Source: Actinomycetes bacterium (GTDB lineage Bacteria > Actinomycetota > Thermoleophilia > Solirubrobacterales > JACPNS01). From it: a DNA stretch of 64,000 nucleotides. The notes under the pieces were generated by a model, which saw nothing but the letters and a program-made list of their open reading frames with translations, searched no databases and was not told the DNA's origin. The position numbers and the translations under genes are program-made. The stretch covers positions 72,032 through 136,031 of the forward strand of contig JAEYBE010000033.1 in assembly GCA_023404495.1 (NCBI GenBank). The letters are read 5' to 3'. Of the stretch, positions 60,532-64,000 are shown in pieces (the first letter of the stretch is position 1; the number at the start of each line of letters is the position of its first letter).

Positions 60532-60538
60532 TTGCTGA

Positions 60539-60961
60539 TCAGGCCTTGTCTGTCGGACGGGTGAAGTGAAAGAAGAGCTTGTTCACGAAGTAGATCGAGA
60601 ACAGCGCGATCATCAGCAGCGCGCAGGCCAGGCCCGCGTCGTCGCCGGCGATCAGGTAGGCGGCAAGGATCGTCCCGGCGGCGATCCATGCGCGAACCAG
60701 CGAGCCCCCAACCACCAGGCCGACCTGGTGGCGGGCCTCAGTGGCGTGCAGCGCGCGGTACTCCATGTAGCCGATGACGATCGCCTGGACGAACCAGCCG
60801 ACCGCCGCGACCGCCCAGCCGGCGATCGGCCAATCGGCGAGCAGGAAGACCGGCAGCGCGATGCCGAGGAAGATGAAGTCGGGGAAGCGCAGCACAGTGC
60901 GCAGTGCGCCCGGGCCGGCTGGCCCTTGGTGGTTGCCCTCGGCTACTACTGCAGCGGACAT
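60539..60961 (-). CDS. small polytopic membrane protein upstream of atpB (AtpI-like position)
   Basis: 140 aa with about 4 TM helices, 7 nt upstream of atpB. The assignment rests on position only. Confidence 0.5.
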   Translation of the reverse strand: MSAAVVAEGNHQGPAGPGALRTVLRFPDFIFLGIALPVFLLADWPIAGWAVAAVGWFVQAIVIGYMEYRALHATEARHQVGLVVGGSLVRAWIAAGTILAAYLIAGDDAGLACALLMIALFSIYFVNKLFFHFTRPTDKA

Positions 60962-61327
60962 GAGTCGGTTCCGCGGCGGCCGTGCGCCGGGCGAGCGATG
61001 ATTGAGCTTTGCCGGCCGGTCAGCCGAGTCTCACCACAACGAGGACGAGCTGCGCGCGCGGCGCGGTCCCGGCGCTTGGCGAGTGCGAAGCAGTCCGCGA
61101 AACTGCGCGCCGATGATCCATCGTTGTGGGAGGGAGAGTTCATTTGGGGATGTCTGAGGCTCGGGTAGCGCCGCCTCTTCAGCGGCCGCGGCAGGGCGGT
61201 CAGGCCACTTGCCTCATCAAGCTTCGGTGAGAAAGATACAACATCGCACAAAGTCTTCTCGTGCGCTTTGTAACGCGGTTTTTCGGGGTTGTCGGCGGCG
61301 ACCAGACGGGTATGTAGATTGGTGTCG

Positions 61328-61756
61328 ATGGCCACAGCCGTTACATACGAAACTCGCAAGGACCCGGGCCTGCTGATCCGGATTCTCGCCACTGCGGTGG
61401 TTTGCTTTCTCGGACTCTGGATCGCATCGCTGCTCGACCTCGTGAGCTACGGCGAAAACATCCTCAATCTCGTACTCGCGGCGCTGGTACTTGCGGCCGG
61501 CAACCTCTTGGTGCGCCCGTTCCTGATGCTGCTGTCGATCCCGTTCATCATCGTCACGCTCGGGCTGTTCATCTGGCTGATCAACGCGTTCATGCTCTGG
61601 GTGACTTCGCTGCTGATTCCGCCATTCGACCTTTTCGGCTTCTGGAAGACGATCGGCGCGGCGTTCATTCTCTGGATCGCAAACATGCTGCTCGGCGGGA
61701 TCATGCGCGACTTCATCGAGAAGCCGCAGCGTGAGACCGTTTTGTTTGACGATTAG
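61328..61756 (+). CDS. 4-TM membrane protein of the phage-holin-IV/YvlD (DUF360)-like type
   Basis: Four hydrophobic helices and the LFIWLINAFMLWVTSLLIP pattern. ATG 61328 was chosen within the ORF that opens at 61289. Confidence 0.55.
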   Translation: MATAVTYETRKDPGLLIRILATAVVCFLGLWIASLLDLVSYGENILNLVLAALVLAAGNLLVRPFLMLLSIPFIIVTLGLFIWLINAFMLWVTSLLIPPFDLFGFWKTIGAAFILWIANMLLGGIMRDFIEKPQRETVLFDD

Positions 61757-62922
61757 TCGCGGTCGAGCGCCGGGAATTCACCGGTCGCGAGCTCCTCGGC
61801 GACCTCAGCATCGACCTCTTCCGGCGTCGTGCCGCTGCCGCGCCTGCGCAGTCTGCGCCCCCTGAACCGGCGCAACTTGAGGATCTCGAGCACCACCACG
61901 AGATAGAAGCTGGCAATCAGCACCAGCACGCCGACGCCGAGCAACACCAGCGTCCACCCCGTATCGAGGTTGCCGCGGCCGTCTGAGTAGGGGATGAACC
62001 TGAGCGCCAGCGCGAGCGTCGCAAGGCAGAGCGTCCAGGCGTAGAGATAGAGCACGGTTCTTCGCTGGGAGAAGCCGATATTGACGAAACGATGGTGGAA
62101 ATGCCATCGATCGGCTTGGTAGATCGGCTGGCCGTACTTGATTCGCTTAGCAACGACGAAGCCGGTGTCGAGGATCGGCACGGCGAGGATCACCAGTGGG
62201 AAAAAGAGCGCAACTGCGGCGGCCGTCTTGAGCACGCCTTGGATCGCGATGCACGCCAGCAGATACCCCAGGAGATTCGACCCGGCGTCGCCCATGAAGA
62301 TCGTCGCCGGGTAGAAGTTGTGGAAGAGGAAACCGAGCGATGCGCCGGCAGTACACGCCGCGAGGATCCCCGCCGAGTAGCGCTCGAGCGAGAGCGTGAT
62401 GATCGCGAAGGTCGCAGCGCCGATGAAGCACACGCCAGCCGCCAGGCCGTCGGCCCCGTCGGTGAGGTTGACGACGTTGATCACGGCGACGATCCCGAGC
62501 ATCGTCAGCGGCTCGGCCCAGACGCCGAGGTTGACCGGGTCGATGAACGGAAGCGTGAAGTGATCGACCACCACACCAGAGAAGACGGGGATCGCGGCGC
62601 CGCAGAATTGCCCGGCGAGCTTGACCAACGGCGGCAGATCGAAGATGTCGTCAAGCGTGCCGACCAGCGCAATCAGGAGCGCACCGGCGATGATGCCTTC
62701 GCTCTCCGTGCTGTCGGGCAGGAAGATCAGCGACGCCACCAGCAGGCCCGAGAGAATCGCAAGGCCACCGAGGCTCGGCATGTCGTGGTCGTGCAGCGAT
62801 CGATCGGAGACGTGCGCTACCGCCCCGACACGGAAGGCGAGCTTCGCCGCCAGCGGCGTGATGGCGAACGAGACGATCGCGGCGACCGCGAACGCGGTCA
62901 GGGCCTGTAGCTCAGGAGACAC
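61753..62922 (-). CDS. wecA: UDP-GlcNAc:undecaprenyl-phosphate GlcNAc-1-phosphate transferase (MraY/WecA family)
   Basis: Polytopic protein with GTLDDIFDLP, NLTDGADGLAAG, IFMGDAGSNLLG and a conserved position upstream of the atp operon in Actinobacteria. Confidence 0.88.
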   Translation of the reverse strand: MSPELQALTAFAVAAIVSFAITPLAAKLAFRVGAVAHVSDRSLHDHDMPSLGGLAILSGLLVASLIFLPDSTESEGIIAGALLIALVGTLDDIFDLPPLVKLAGQFCGAAIPVFSGVVVDHFTLPFIDPVNLGVWAEPLTMLGIVAVINVVNLTDGADGLAAGVCFIGAATFAIITLSLERYSAGILAACTAGASLGFLFHNFYPATIFMGDAGSNLLGYLLACIAIQGVLKTAAAVALFFPLVILAVPILDTGFVVAKRIKYGQPIYQADRWHFHHRFVNIGFSQRRTVLYLYAWTLCLATLALALRFIPYSDGRGNLDTGWTLVLLGVGVLVLIASFYLVVVLEILKLRRFRGRRLRRRGSGTTPEEVDAEVAEELATGEFPALDRD

Positions 62923-63760
62923 CTAGCTCCTTGATGATGCCTTGCACCTCGGCCACTGCTACTTCAACGTCGGACGGCCTGAACGACAGCTCACGCGCAC
63001 GAACCGGGTACTCGTCGCGCCAGTTCTCGGGAATCTCGATCGTCGGGGGCCATTCCTGCTTGCCGCGTGCCGCGAAGATCTCCAAACAGGCATCACGTGT
63101 CGCTGAGCGCTCGAATTCGTCAAGGCTTCGCCAGAGCTGGATGATGTCAATCAGGTCTCGAGAGCGGTCGTTCGCTGCGGTCGGGTGTGAGTGGTCGGTG
63201 CACGCGTGAAGTTTCTGCGCTATCGAATACCGAGCGGTGACGGCCGGTAGTTCTTGCACTTTGCCTAGTCCCACCGCACGGGGATCGATCGTGTTTACTC
63301 GGATCAACCGGGTCTCATCGCCAGCGGCGCCCTCGGCCATCCCGATCTCAAGGCGAATCGTCTGTAAGGCGTCGCCAAGATATGAGACCTTCACGTCACA
63401 GCGGTATGAACCAGTTTCGGCGATTGGCTCGAGATCCGAGGCAATTCGAAATCCAAATCCGTCCCAGCCGCCTGCGAGCGCATCGCGAAGCAGGTCGCCC
63501 ATCCGCCGGCGCTCGGCGCGGTAGCTGAGATCAAGATCCCGCGTCGGGCGCGCGGCGTCACCGAACTCAAGTTCCATCGAGACCCCACCCTTCACAGCGA
63601 AAAGCGCATCGCCACGTTCATCACGCTGGCTCGTAAGCGCCACCAACACGGCGAGATTCGCTAGCTGCCGGCGCTTGTTCAGATAGTCCATTTCGTCGTT
63701 CGCGAGATTTCGCAACCGCTGCTCCAGCGCCCGACGGTGCTTGGGCGGCCCCTCAGGCAC
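62912..63760 (-). CDS. abiEii: AbiEii/AbiGii-family nucleotidyltransferase toxin (type IV TA)
   Basis: 282 aa. FAVKGGVSMELEFGDAARPTRDLDLSY matches the G-G...D-x-D nucleotidyltransferase motif of AbiEii. It overlaps the upstream antitoxin-like ORF by 8 nt and the wecA start by 11 nt. Confidence 0.75.
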   Translation of the reverse strand: MPEGPPKHRRALEQRLRNLANDEMDYLNKRRQLANLAVLVALTSQRDERGDALFAVKGGVSMELEFGDAARPTRDLDLSYRAERRRMGDLLRDALAGGWDGFGFRIASDLEPIAETGSYRCDVKVSYLGDALQTIRLEIGMAEGAAGDETRLIRVNTIDPRAVGLGKVQELPAVTARYSIAQKLHACTDHSHPTAANDRSRDLIDIIQLWRSLDEFERSATRDACLEIFAARGKQEWPPTIEIPENWRDEYPVRARELSFRPSDVEVAVAEVQGIIKELGVS

Positions 63761-64000
63761 TGTGCGTCCTCTGGTTAAGGGACGTGATCAACTCCGCCTG
63801 CTGATCAAACGTGATCAGCGCGTGATTGCGCGCCCTGTCGATCGATTGCCGCACCAAGCCAATCGGTGATCGATCTTCGAGCATTTGCTTGATGCACCAG
63901 TACGGCGTGACTACGGGTACGCCTTCTATGCGCGCAACCATCTCCGGCCGCAGGTCTGAGCGGTGCTCGCGGAGCATTTCCGGCCACTCTCGCGTCGTTC
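63753..64000 (-). CDS. abiEi: AbiEi-family antitoxin, C-terminal part (N-terminus beyond the window edge)
   Basis: EGVPVVTPYWCIKQMLED resembles the G[IV]PVT..ERT..D block of AbiEi. The frame stays open to position 64000 with no stop, so the ATG at 63977 is probably internal. Confidence 0.6.
   Translation of the reverse strand, partial: TTREWPEMLREHRSDLRPEMVARIEGVPVVTPYWCIKQMLEDRSPIGLVRQSIDRARNHALITFDQQAELITSLNQRTHSA

Noticed and set aside
60946-61392. 148-aa minus-strand ORF upstream of the atp operon.
   Set aside because: The translation is Arg/Ser/Pro/His-rich without hydrophobic core patterns, and it overlaps both flanking gene starts. It is probably non-coding.

Overview
This is a high-GC (about 65%), densely coded chromosomal window. 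Its gene content and synteny look actinobacterial: tilS-hpt, secA-hpf-comF, wecA-atpIBEFHAGDC, an LCP protein, an MMPL transporter, and AhcY next to mannose-nucleotide genes. I saw no rRNA, tRNA, CRISPR array, transposase or integrase. The housekeeping backbone comprises hpt, tilS, ahcY, nadA, nadC, prfB, secA, hpf, the complete F1Fo ATP synthase operon, wecA and a sugar-nucleotide/cell-envelope operon. Lower-GC accessory patches are interspersed and encode mostly exported proteins: two S8 subtilases, two S1 trypsin-like proteases, two HExxH zincins, an esterase-CBM fusion and several orphan secreted proteins. Three recognisable toxin-antitoxin-type modules are also present: VapBC, a class II Fic, and AbiEi/AbiEii. 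Five loci deserve most attention. (1) A single polypeptide fuses an ECF sigma factor to a ZAS-type anti-sigma motif and is translationally coupled to a 1010-aa Ig-like-repeat exoprotein, followed by a 1058-aa subtilase. (2) A duplicated 3' end of a MerR-HTH/class III cyclase gene brackets a 2.4-kb low-GC cassette of orphan exported proteins, like att sites of an integrase-less islet. (3) A low-GC operon encodes two paralogous Cys-bracketed small secreted proteins plus a secreted zincin. (4) A second, short archaeal-type AhcY paralog is embedded in a sugar-nucleotide operon. (5) Two 59-nt repeats flank a small secreted-protein gene, each centred on a perfect 34-nt palindrome, with three compensatory arm substitutions between copies. 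All calls come from reading the translations and sequence by eye, and no database search was possible.
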